A DNA stretch of 64,000 nucleotides from the NCBI RefSeq assembly GCF_033153115.1, contig NW_026889778.1, positions 16,926,001 to 16,990,000 on the forward strand. The letters run 5' to 3'. This document shows, piece by piece, positions 24,407 to 36,384 of this stretch. The position numbers and the translations under genes are program-made. Under the pieces are notes generated by a model. The model saw only the letters and a program-made list of their open reading frames with translations, did no database searches and was not told the DNA's origin. How positions within the stretch are numbered: position 1 is the stretch's first letter; each line of letters begins with the position of its first letter. The stretch is from Saccostrea echinata (lineage: Eukaryota).

Positions 24407-25924
24407 TTATCTAGCTTCCACACATATTTTATATCCTTTTGGAGAGTAACTTGCACCCTGCTCCCCTTCGAAATCGTATTTCTCATGTTCAGGTTTGTAT
24501 AACTTACAATTTTGAAGCAAAGTGGTCACCAGGTAAAACACCTCAGCTTGTGCTATCAATTTGCCAATACAGACGCGTCGTCCTGCGCTAAATGCAAGTA
24601 CATTGTCAACTTTTTCTTTTATCAGACTCCCATTATCATCCAGAAATCGTTCAGGTTGGAACTCATCAGGATTACCCCAGAACTCATCATACATAACCGA
24701 GAAAATGTTAAAGTAAACAACTGTCCCTTTTGCTATCTTGGTATTTTTTACGATTACGTCGGTAGTCGTTATATGTGGTAATCCCAGTGGAACAACTGGC
24801 GCTATTCTCATGATCTCCAAAATGACTGCCTCAGTATATGATAGAACGCGACGATCCTTCAGAGATATGATTTTGTTTCGTCCAATTTTTTCGTCTATTT
24901 CTTTCTGTATTTTTATCTGAATATCTTGATATTCAGCAAGGTACAGGAATACCCATCTTAAAGTAGAAGCAGTTGTCTCAAATCCAGCAGCAAAAAAATC
25001 CTGAAGTGTGTCTACCAGTTGACTCTTAGTCAATCCCACTTCGTTTGGAGTTTCTGTTATGTTGTACTTCAAGCAAGCGTTTAAGAAACCATCCATGGCA
25101 TGGCGAGAATGACCCGGATGAAACGTTTTTATCATCTCAGCTCCATTTTCGTTTCGAGCTTTCCTAAAATTGTCAATAAAATCCAAAAATCTTTTGAAAC
25201 GTCCTGGAAAGATATATCTTAACCATGGAAGATTATCAAAATAACTTCCAGCAGAAAAAAATTCTACGATTGATCCTTGGTCTTTCATTATTTTTAAAAA
25301 GGCCGGATCATCTCGTATATTTTCACCTTTACCGTAACAAAACTGGTAGGTGATACTACCCGTAGCCGTGTATATTAAGTCGCTAGGGTTGAATGGTTTG
25401 CCTTTATAGTGCATAAAACTAGACACTAGTAAGTTGGCCTCGTCTTGTATTATTTCTTCCAAACCAGAGTTATTTGTACTTCCTATTTCTCTTATAACGC
25501 TACTTGAAATTTTACGATGCAATAAGTATCTTTCATCAAAATTGCTAAATGTGAGACCTTTCATATCGTTCAGGCTTTTGATTGAAAAAAACGGCGGTCG
25601 TGCGGCAAAACTATCCGAGTCATGAGTAAGCGTCGATTTTACTGTGTCCAAACCATTAATTATAACGGTTGGCCATGACCCAAATCGTAAAAGGAAAACA
25701 TCTCCATACTTTTCCTGATACTCTTTGAACTTATTCAAAGGTCTTGAACCAAGAAAAGGCATGTGTCCGAACAACGGAATTCCCCAGGGACCAGGTGGAC
25801 TGCGCCTCCACTCAAGAATTATTTTTATGGAAAAGAAAACGGTAAGTAGTATTGTTATCGATAAAAGAAAGTCCGAGGACTTTAGATCAAAATGATGATT
25901 AGTAATTGAAGATACTGTCGCCAT
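24407..25924 (-). CDS. Cytochrome P450, clan 2, CYP1-like; complete, single coding exon
   Basis: TM anchor, PPGPWG, FAARP, AGFETT I-helix, EIMR, PERF, heme motif FSAGRRVCIG. ATG at 25924 follows acceptor tttttgcAG at 25931..25930. Confidence 0.93.
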   Translation of the reverse strand: MATVSSITNHHFDLKSSDFLLSITILLTVFFSIKIILEWRRSPPGPWGIPLFGHMPFLGSRPLNKFKEYQEKYGDVFLLRFGSWPTVIINGLDTVKSTLTHDSDSFAARPPFFSIKSLNDMKGLTFSNFDERYLLHRKISSSVIREIGSTNNSGLEEIIQDEANLLVSSFMHYKGKPFNPSDLIYTATGSITYQFCYGKGENIRDDPAFLKIMKDQGSIVEFFSAGSYFDNLPWLRYIFPGRFKRFLDFIDNFRKARNENGAEMIKTFHPGHSRHAMDGFLNACLKYNITETPNEVGLTKSQLVDTLQDFFAAGFETTASTLRWVFLYLAEYQDIQIKIQKEIDEKIGRNKIISLKDRRVLSYTEAVILEIMRIAPVVPLGLPHITTTDVIVKNTKIAKGTVVYFNIFSVMYDEFWGNPDEFQPERFLDDNGSLIKEKVDNVLAFSAGRRVCIGKLIAQAEVFYLVTTLLQNCKLYKPEHEKYDFEGEQGASYSPKGYKICVEAR

Positions 25925-27494
25925 TGTTCCTGCAAAAAAATAAAATTTAGTCAATCTTTTGAAGCATAGAAAAATCGTAAAAAGTTATTTTCTTTGGACA
26001 TTATTGCATAACAATACCATGCGCCAATTTCATATCCTTTTTTTTAGAAATTGAAATAAAGCAATGATATCATTAAAATTGAAGTTTATCTCTAAAAACG
26101 AATTCCCGAGCAATTAAAGTGAATTTTTGAAATACAATCTTGCATTGATGTTGCATTGTTCAGTTTGGATGCATATGTTAGGTTTCAGTGACTCTGCACT
26201 ATGTTTACCCCTATCTTATCACATTTATAGGATTCCAACCAGACTTGCATTGGTAGTTCAATATGGATTTGATGTGATTTTACTATGCCTACATTTTCTG
26301 ACCTTTTTTTTTTTTTTTTTTTTTTGTAAATTATATTATTGAGATATTAATTATTCATTCAAACATGGAATAAGATTAAAACTACAAATGTTGTTAAGCA
26401 TAAAAAGCTATGCCTTTCTATATTTGGAAACATATAATTTACACTTATGTAAACTCTCAAAGGTTATGGGTTGCATGTATAACCTGGTATTTTTTTTCAC
26501 ATAGTGTGTAATGTAGCCTATAACTTATTGAATTACCCGTGGGTACATTTCTTCACAGATAAGAATAATTTATTCAAAGAAGTCGTATATCTGTTGTAAA
26601 ACAAAATTATTTTACACAAGTGGTGTTAATTATTATGTATTTCATATTTATATTTAGCATATTTATTTTATATTATTAAACCCTAATTGTTAAGAAATAT
26701 ATAAATCAGAATTTTTTTTGCGATATTTTGATATTTCTTCATACGTATCGATATGAATATCATCCTCACACAGAATTGATATGACGATATCTCGATATAT
26801 CGTCCCAGCCCTAAAGCATACCCTGTCGACCGATCACACCTGTCGTGAGCTCTTTGTCATGATCATTTAAACGGAAGAATCTGAAGACAATTCAGTGAAC
26901 ATTATGACCTACCAATGGGACGCATCTTAACTGTGAAGATGGCTTGTCTTTATACACATATTATTTTCACTACTTAATAGATAACTAATAAAAGACATGA
27001 GATTTCTAATTTCTATCCAAAATTTTTAAAATCAATCAAAATTATGAGAAACTGACACTGCAATTTTAATTCTTCTTTATAAAGTTTGAGAAAAATTCAT
27101 TCTTTTACATTCATTAACTTATTATAATCGTGGCGGAGATCAAGTTGGAAGTGAAAATATATATTGTTTACATTTAGATACATCTGATAATGTTATAATA
27201 CTTGAGTCAAATGACATCAAATATTATGTGTTCTACAAAAATAAGAAATTCAGATTGCTCTTATCAAAAAATATTTTAAGAAAGGATTTCTTAATTCTTT
27301 TAATTCATATTTGACATTTTAGACCAGTTGATAAATGAAAAAAAACCGTATTTTCCTGTGATTTCAAAGGCCGAACGAACTAAAAGCAGACATTACTTGT
27401 GGATTGCCTGATGCAAAAGTAATATTTAAAAAATGCTGGTATTAATAGTAAGACTTAAAATATATAATAAAAAAGATGTAAAAAGAATGGTTAC

Positions 27495-27565
27495 CTGTTT
27501 GTGGTGGGTTTATATTTTCTGCAAAGAATTCCGAACCTTTGCACAAGTACCGAATTATATAAACT
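27495..27565 (-). promoter_or_regulatory. Putative TATA box and short non-coding first exon of the P450
   Basis: Minus strand TATATAA near 27562..27556 and donor CAG|GTAACC at 27495/27494 that could pair with the acceptor at 25930. Confidence 0.45.
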
Positions 27566-28534
27566 GTTTTGATATGTCTGGTTGATTTCGTTCTAGATTT
27601 TCACCTAGGCTAATTAAACGAGTTTCCCAGAGCGTACAAAGCTTCACCATTAATATCTATATTCAGCGAATTTAGGGGATAAACAATTTTAGTGGAGAAT
27701 TCAGTAAAATACGTATGAACATTATATAAATATACAAACAAGTTTGATTGTATAATATGGAAAAAATGAAAAAAAAAAAAAAAAAAAACATGCTAACTTT
27801 TGTACATATATATATTATTAAATTGTTTCTAGATACAGTGCATTTTCTCGTGGACGCTCGATCTTGGATATCATTTTCTAATAATGATAATTCATAATTA
27901 CAAATTCCTTTCTATGAATTCGACACCAAAACTGGTCAATCATAAAAACAAACTTCCATTAACTTCTTTCCAGGTTATTAAAATACGAAACGTCCAGAAG
28001 CAAGATAAAATTAAATAGGTGCATTAAAACAATTCATATTACGAGTATCAATTTTTAAAGAAAGATCTACATATTGTAATTCAAATATTTTTTCAACAGT
28101 GTTTAATTTTTTTTGATTGCATTACTACATTAAAATTACAATATATATTGATTGAAATTCGAAGTTGGATTTTAATCTAAATAATTGTTACATTTTAGAT
28201 CGTCTACGTGTCAAATACTGTTTCATATATAAATATTTCATATTTCATGATATATGTTTGTAAGTACTCAATCTTAAGCAAATACTGGCGATTAATATCC
28301 TTTAAAGATGTGCATAATGTGTTTATTTAGTAACTATAGTTAATTTTCAACAATTCATAGATACATGTACTTGCCATTTAGACAAATGATCAAATACAAC
28401 GAGGTAATAGCGAACAGAAATATCTTGTATTTACTTACATTTGAAAATTAATACAAATATTGTATTTAATTACTTTATCATGTTTATCGTAGTAATATAA
28501 AGAGTACTTTATTTTGTACAAATTATGTCTTTCG

Positions 28535-28571
<37 letters not shown>

Positions 28572-28886
28572 CTAAACTGCGTGAAATTTACGTGTAAATG
28601 GAGTCCTTAACTCAGTTAATATCGATGAAATGATATATGCTTAATATGTAATTTAAAATGTACAATTTTTAAATTGACACCCTGCTGTAGTATAGGATTT
28701 ATTTTTTAAAAATATCCTGACATTTAAAAATACAAAATGTAGTTCTTTCTTTGAAGATCATTCATAGAGCAAGTATGAGAAACAACATTCTTTCAATCTA
28801 TTTTACTTTACACGTAACTGATTAAATCTTATACTTTTAGTTCAGAGTTGACAAAAAAAAAAAAAACCAGGAAATACTAATATTTC

Positions 28887-29239
28887 CTAGGACGGTGGGC
28901 AATACTGGTCAAAATGATCAAATGTCAGTCCCCTCATGTTCGTCAGTTTTTTGAAGGAGTTAACTTCTGGTCTTCCTGCAAAACTATCAGACTGATATTG
29001 TAAGACTTTTCTTACAGTATCAAAGCCGCTAATGAATTCTGTAGGCCAAACACCTAGACGTATTTTATAACCATTACCGGATTTCCTAGGAATGGTAAGT
29101 GACCTATCACTAGGAAACCCCATGGTCCCGGAATGGAACTTGAGTTGTCAAGGAGGATCTTAATTATGACCAAAGCAATCAAAGAAATTGTAAGACACTT
29201 CAGGATGTCCAGGTTTTGAATCACTGAGAACAGTTCCAT
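28887..29239 (-). pseudogene. P450 (CYP1-like) N-terminal pseudogene fragment
   Basis: MELFS...IPGPWGFLVIGHLPFLGN, then a deletion with frameshift, then RLGVWPT...DSFAGRPEVNSFKKLTNMRGLTF, then homology stops. Confidence 0.88.
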
Positions 29240-31670
29240 ATTGTACCTTAAGAAAAAATAGCCGGAGATATTTATTTGAACAATGATGGGAAACGTGAAA
29301 AAAAACCTCCCCTTTTTTTTATCAATTTGCATAAATTCACACTATATTGATCCTGTTAAAATTTTGAGAATTCTTACTTACCTACGTTTTACTCTGGCAT
29401 AAAATACATAAAGAAAGTGGGTTCTATATTACATCATGTTTAAAATTGCTGTATTTAGAACATAAAATCTATCATGCGTTCAGCCGACATATAAAACATC
29501 ATACACATACAAGGGGTAGTGTTAATCTTGAAACATGCACTCATTTTCCTAAAGTAGCACATTCTTTGTGTGTGTGCAATTATTACATAGATCTGCTGTG
29601 TTTAAAATTTTGTATCTCATAAGTCAAATATTTGGCGCCAATCTATTCAGAGGAAAATGGAATTTGATATTGAAGCCTACCATCATCATCAAGCCTAAAT
29701 AACGTCCTGTCAATACTCATATGAATTATACAATGTAATTATTTTCTCAAATGGAAGGCATTTGAATTATGTCACAGAAGACAGATTTTTTATTTTAAAA
29801 ATAAAAACCAGAATATAAACCAGAAATATAATGCTAAAACAAAGTATAAAAATCGTAGATAATTTCAGCGAACATGGAAACAATAATTCAGACTTTTAAA
29901 AGTATGGTAATGATATCTAGTTCAGTTCTATGTAAAGCAAAAAGAATTTCCATAAAATTCCCCAGGCCTAAGGACCTAAAAAGATAATTTTTAAGAGCCC
30001 TGCGAGAAACATTATACATGTTTGTGAAATATTTATGTTGGCACACGAATAGAGACCTGGTTAAACGAAGAATATATAATAGACATCCAATATCTGTAAA
30101 TGGAAATATGGGTAAGAAATAAATTGTGTGAAATGGCAGGTAATGCTCCCCTCGACAAGACAACAACCAGGTGATTAAGCGAGTTCTCAATAATTGGATT
30201 ATAATAAATAATAATTCAAACTCTAAATTATGATGCAGTTACAATGAAACATTTCCTCCCAATTAAAACTGTTATTGTTTGCAGATGTAATGTATTTTTT
30301 GTGTTTATTCCATTATTTTCCAAAATGTGAATTATTTCTCTTTCACTTCTTAATCATATGATATAAATAATTTTAACTGTACATAATGAATGAAAGGGGA
30401 TCTGTTTTAATAAACAAGCAGAAAAGTTGAAAGCATAATTGCCTTGTCATTAATGATGCATATAAAAATATATATGAAAGTTTCAGAAAGCATTCCAAAC
30501 ATAAAATTATTTAGGCGATATGAAAAAGAATTATACCTCTTTCAGGTTTTTTGCTGTATCCATTAGCTCACTGATAAACCGAGAGGCTATCATTGAAAAT
30601 TGGAGCGTATATTTTTGTGTGCACTTAATAACCTAGCATTGCCTATTTTGATTCTTCTGGTGGTAAGCTATCACCGTTACTGATCTGAAGGGTTTTTTGA
30701 ATAGCCACCGTGTTGATCAGACGTTTTGCCTGAGGTCAGGTCCTAAAACTAGAGGGCAAACATTTTAATGTTTTTTTCTTTTACTTTAAATTCATGAAAT
30801 CAGTGGTGGATTCTAGATTTCATCCCCCCCCCCCCCCGAAAAAAAAATTATAAGATCTTGGTGTAATATATTTACATTTTCCGTTATTCTGTGTTTAAGT
30901 TCATTAAATTGATTCCAGGAGAAACTTTAAATTTTCAGCCCAAGCAAGCTAAGAAGGAACAAACATTAACATTCTTATAGCTATAATACACATGTAATTA
31001 ACGTGTGCACGATTTTTTTTTACATATTTCTTTATGACTGGTCTACATTATACTCTATTTTTAACAGATACAGTAGGGGACCCAATGTGTGTTTTACATT
31101 GTACACTGCAAGAAATACAGCCAACATACTAATTTTTTCCAGACATTTATTAAAAAATCACATACACATTATTTTGTAAATCAGCAAAGTTATTGATATA
31201 TAATTAAAAAAATAAATAATTAGAATATTCTTCAATAAAAGAAATGCTACCGGAACTACATATGCTTCTGTTTGAAAGAGATATTAATTTCCGTAATCAT
31301 AGTCTTGTCCTGGTGCCTTGGTAACCTCACACAATTAAACCTTGGATAACAAATGATAAATATTTGCAGGTTCCTGTACAAATGAAAACAAAAATGATCA
31401 AAGTTGCTACATATCACTACACTGCCATTCCCATAATCTAAAATAATATTTTTATGAAAAAGCGTAGAAGATTGCTAGTAAAAACAGCCAAAGAATTTAA
31501 AGCAAAATATTTTTTTTGACATACAAAGAGGCATTATACCAGGTATGTCACAGGATCTACATAATTTTAACTTTCGCCCATCAGTCTTACGCACAGAAGA
31601 TGAACTACACTAAAACCTAAATATTACCAAAAAGTTTACATCATAAGCATCATAAAATATCTATTATAAT

Positions 31671-32400
31671 ATACTGAGTTTCTCGATAACAATATCTATG
31701 TAAATCTTTGGAGACCAGGTCTTACAACAATCTGTAGGAATTCCCATGGGTACCATGAGCCCCATCACTAGCAGATCTGTTTTTGTATACGTGAGTATTT
31801 AAAAACTTCTACATAAAAATCGTCTCTTGCTGTGTCCTTCCATTCGTCATTTATGTATATTGACGACGTTTTCACAATAACAATATTCATTTTCAGACCT
31901 ACGTCGATTCGATACATCCCATCGAACTCAAAATAAAAGACACCACAGAGCCTGACACGTCTGTTTCATATTTGGATGTTTTACTAAAAAAAGACATGAT
32001 GGCAAAGTATCAACTATGATAAATGCAATGACTCCAACCTTTCTATCGTCATCTTCCCTTGACAAATATTGACGAATAAGCTGATGATACTAAGATATCA
32101 AGAATCTCGTTTAAAGTCAACATTTCACAATTTCTATGGTCGATACAATGACCTTGATTCCCACTATAATCCATCGTTACGTCGAATTGACTGACGTCTA
32201 ATGTTAGGCCATTTTTTCATACTTTTCCGTTTAACCGATCATTACAAAAAGAACAAGGCGGGTGTGACTAGTCGACCGGGGATTCTCACTCCACCATATG
32301 GCACCTGATCCCACCTCTGCTTTCAAAGGTCCGTGTTTCCTCTGCTCACAATTTGTATTGTGGAATGGACTTTGAGTGTGATTACTATCATTATCTTCAC
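31671..32400 (+). pseudogene. Decayed Penelope-like (Naiad-like) reverse transcriptase with 3' tail
   Basis: Frameshifted segments DNIYV, GDQVLQQSVGIPMGT, LADLFLY, YIDDV, ELKIKDTTE..SYLDVLL, YDK.ND, LTNKL..SRLKSTFHNFYGRYNDL; no endonuclease seen after the thumb. Confidence 0.85.
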
Positions 32401-32461
32401 ATTTCATTAATATCCTTTGTCATTAAAGGCTTGGGTAGTTGGTGGAGATTGATTGATATAT

Positions 32462-32790
32462 TGACTGTTTGTTGTTTTACTTCCCTTGCTAGATTTTTCC
32501 TGTCATACGAGACGCCACCATATACCGATGAAGGGCTTCAAATTTAATGAATACACTCGGCACTTAGGCCATTGAGCAGTGGGGGTTCTTCATCGTGCCA
32601 ATGCCTACCGTGACACGGGACCTACGTTTTTGAGGTTATATCCGAAAGACCCTTGACTTTCACTTTAAATGCCAGGCGCTTGGCGAAGGAACAGTATCCG
32701 TCATTACCTATTTGAACGTCTTAGGTTTGATGCAGCGCCAGGAACGAGAATCCGGAATCTCCCCATCACGAACGCCCTACAACTAGGTTG
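32462..32790 (-). mobile_element. Diverged SINE (subfamily of 17851)
   Basis: Reverse complement of the same core (cattgagcagtg, cgtgccaa, tccgaaag) and tail. Confidence 0.78.
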
Positions 32791-32853
32791 CGGAGATTGA
32801 TAAATTGTAGATAAGTACTTCGACAAGCTCAGGGCTTGGGTTCTTTTCCTTGG

Positions 32854-33015
32854 NNNNNNNNNNNNNNNNNNNNNNNNNNNNNNNNNNNNNNNNNNNNNNN
32901 NNNNNNNNNNNNNNNNNNNNNNNNNNNNNNNNNNNNNNNNNNNNNNNNNNNNNNNNNNNNNNNNNNNNNNNNNNNNNNNNNNNNNNNNNNNNNNNNNNNN
33001 NNNNNNNNNNNNNNN
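32854..33015. other. Assembly gap (162 N)
   Basis: Run of N. Confidence 1.
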
Positions 33016-33538
33016 TATTGGTTCTTTGAATTTTCAATCCATTAATTTGAGATACATTCACTTGATTTAAATTATAAAAGTAAAGAAGTTCTTAACAGCC
33101 CACTACTTATAATAAGCAGAATGAATAAACTAGAAACTCTTTGAAAAACAATGAAGTTTTGCATATCAACACAAAAAACAGATACACCAGCGTTAATAGA
33201 TACACACTAGTAAATAATCAAGTACCAGTGTCAGAATATAAGTATGTATAACCCATCATGTACTGGCTTACTACTAATTTATTTTTTTTTAAAGTCTAAA
33301 TTTTGCGTATAGACTGACACCGGTATCCTAAACATAAAAGAAATAACTTTCTCCCCTAAATTAAAGAGAATTTGTACACCTTTTAATAAAATACATTAAT
33401 AGAAATATCAGTAGCAAACCATTCATTAATGATGTAGCAATATCAGTATTCTTGTTCTGATTATTGAAAAGTATATTATAAATACACAAATGAAAATGTG
33501 AGATTCGGTATGTTTTTATAATGCAAATTTAGATCAAC

Positions 33539-34750
33539 TTAAAATTCTCTTGAGACGACACGGATTTTATAGGGCTTTGGGGAGTATGTAAGACTGAATA
33601 TTCCTTCAAAATCGTATTCTTCATTCTCTGGCTTTTTAATTTCACACTTCAGCAGGACTGTGGCAAAGAGCAGAAATAATTCATTGCGTGCTAGAACCTC
33701 ACCAAGACATCGTCTTCTCCCAGCACTGAAAGCTAAAACGTTTTCTGTTTTGTCTTTAATAAGTTTTCCCTCTGAGTCAAGGAATCTATCAGGATTGAAT
33801 TCGGAAGCATTGTCCCATTGCTCATCGTGGCCTACAGAATAATGATTGAAAAAGACGAGGGTTCCTTTCCTAATAATATGACCCTTAACACAGACGTCTT
33901 CAGTTGTATAGTGTGGAAGACCCATTGGTACCACTCCCGATAAACGCATCGTCTCGTAGATTGTAGCTTCTGTAAACGGCATATCCTCTCTGTGCTTCGT
34001 AGTTATAATACCGCTACCCCCAATATTGTCTTCGATTTCTTTCTGGACCTTTAATTGAATCTCTGGGTATTCTGCCATGTAAAGAAATAGCCAAAGAAGG
34101 GTTGTTGCTACCGTATCAAACCCTGCTCCAAAAAAGTCTCCAGTAATACCCAATACGTCCCGTTTTATCACTCCAGCCTCATTTGGTTCATCGCCTAATC
34201 CATACTTTATGGTATTTGATATCAATCCATCTACAGCGTGGCGCAAATGTTTTGTATCAAATGTTTTCGATATTTCGTTGATCTTCTTTTCACGAGCTTC
34301 TTTACCCTCTTTGGTTAATTTGTAAAAGTTTTGGAGTCTTTCGCGAAAAAAGAATCTTGTCCAAGGAAGAACGTCTGTGGGACTTCCCGCCTTTGTGATT
34401 TCTTTGAAAGCCTTGTGATTCTGAATAAATTGAACATAATCTTTATCTTCCCTTATATTTTCTCCTTTGCCATAACAAAACTGATATATAACGCTTCCAG
34501 TCGCTTCCATGATGGCTTTGTACGGGTTAAAAGGCTTTTCTTTTTCTCTAACAAACTCAGACACTAATCTATTGGCCTCTTCCTGGAGAATTTCTTCCAT
34601 TTGGTTGTTTTGTTTCCCCGAGAATTCTCTAACAACAGAACTACCTATTTTCCGGAGTAGAAGATACCTTTGATTAAAATATCCAAATGTAAGCCCTCTC
34701 ATCTTTGTCAAATGCTTAAAAGAATTGAATTCTGGTTTAGCAGCAAAACT
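33539..34750 (-). pseudogene. Second CYP1-like P450, open reading frame but 5'-truncated (about 100 N-terminal residues missing)
   Basis: SFAAKP...GAGFDTV, ETMR, PDRF, FSAGRRRCLG with no stops. Homology ends exactly where the 1.43-kb repeat begins (34751); no matching N-terminal part found in the window. Confidence 0.8.
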
Positions 34751-34909
34751 GAATAATAACAATTCTTATCACCAATGAACGATTTATCATAATAAGATTA
34801 ATCAAATATATATAAATATACAAAATACAAAATGCAAATAACTCCCAAGGTGATTCACTGAATGTTACAGTAACTCAGACCTATGACTTACTCTTAGACG
34901 TCCTTTTTA

Positions 34910-34953
<44 letters not shown>

Positions 34954-35336
34954 CAAACCTATATATTAAAATAATTCATGGTTATTCTCAATTCCCTGTA
35001 ATTTGTTTTATTTAAAACAATTTGCCTTATACTATATCTGTTAATTATGGCTCCAATAACCTTATACTATATCTGTTAATTATGGCTCCAATAACTGTAA
35101 ATCCTTGGAGTACTGTTACGTCATACTGTGAAAAATGACGTCATATCAACAGATAAGAACCCTGTCAAGTCGCCATGATGTAATTCAATATAGAAGAATA
35201 TAGAAGACTTAAGGTAAGTACCTTATCAAGATATAAATGTAGTGTTAGATATATTACAAAACTTATATATTACACGTGCACTTTTTTGTTTATACACTAG
35301 AAAATAGAAATACACATCTACCGGAAATGGCGAGGA

Positions 35337-35425
35337 CAGGTTTGTCGTGCTAGAATGAATGGCCAATTCATTACCGAAACAAACCTGCATGGAGTTTGGG
35401 ACTAGCACCTGATGAGAGTTCCCTC
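35337..35425 (+). ncRNA. Putative hammerhead ribozyme with permuted (pseudoknotted) strand order, unit 1; predicted cut after 35346
   Basis: CAGGTTTGT-C-GTGCTAG ... C-GAA-ACAAACCTG ... CTAGCAC-CTGATGA-G: full core, 9-bp stem III, 7-bp stem I, G10.1-C11.1 pair. Confidence 0.7.
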
Positions 35426-36332
35426 ACAAAATTACTGGCATACTAGCCTATATCTTTTGGTATTTTTGGCATATTTTAGAATAATAAATACGCTATAGCA
35501 CAAACTCAAAATTTCTAAATTTTATTTGGCATAACTCCTTCCTGGTCGTTTTCATTATTACAATTTTCTTTTTTGTTCACAAATACGCACATATACAAAT
35601 TCCTATAAACTATCATAATCAAACAATGTATAATACTGTATGTTGGTTTTTTAGAATTATTTGTTACCTACTTACCAGAATAATAGCATGCTTTTAGAAA
35701 TATGTATAGTATTATTTGCTAATTAAAAAACAACTTATAAAATCTACATTATTGTTTAACGTTGAGTGACCAGAATCGCAGTATACATTGAAAAATTTAG
35801 AAAGTTTGTTAACACCCCCCTATTTTCAGTTTTGTCTATAACTTGTGTTAAATATTTATTGAACCCCCCTCCCCTTTTTTCGTTACTATTTAAATTGTAT
35901 CAACTCTCATCTTTATTTTCCCTGTTTATTGAGTTGACATTATACTACATGTATGACCGGCCACCAAAAAATTGATTGCTTCAGTCTCCTCGGCTGGGTG
36001 ACGTGGTGGTGTGTTTATTTATTTATAATTTATTTATTTTTTAAAAGATAAAAATAGATATACTAAGTATATCTATACGGTCATGCAGAGGCCTGCCCAT
36101 CTCTACTTCACTAAGGAAGTGTTGAGGAGATGGAACAGTGATTTGAGGCTGGAAGCATAAGGTGAACAAATAAGAATAATAACAATTCTTATCACCAATG
36201 AACGATTTATCATAATAAGATTAATCAAATATATATAAATATACAAAATACAAAATGCAAATAACTCCCAAGGTGATTCACTGAATGTTACAGTAACTCA
36301 GACCTATGACTTACTCTTAGACGTCCTTTTTA

Positions 36333-36384
<52 letters not shown>

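Larger units (their letters stand above)
1..24944 (+). repeat. Segmental direct duplication, copy 1 (extends left of window)
   Basis: Sequence and ORF track recur at offset 39055-39060. Substitutions seen only at 473/39533, 2020/41080, 12100/51156 and 19894/58951, plus homopolymer length changes. Confidence 0.97.

Noticed and set aside
26745-26813. hAT-like MITE ending cgatatatcgtcccagcccta
   Set aside because: Only one terminus visible, with no partner TIR or TSD.
28575-28590. Xenobiotic response element upstream of the CYP1-like gene
   Set aside because: Only a single GCGTG core without the full TNGCGTG; expected by chance.
28887-29239. Missing 5' exon of the truncated P450 at 33539..34750
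   Set aside because: Lies downstream in transcription direction, is frameshifted, and overlaps that gene with a different sequence.
32257-32320. SECIS element in the Penelope-like tail
   Set aside because: GUGA and UGAU are present, but I cannot build helix II with an apical AA; needs SECISearch on a family consensus.
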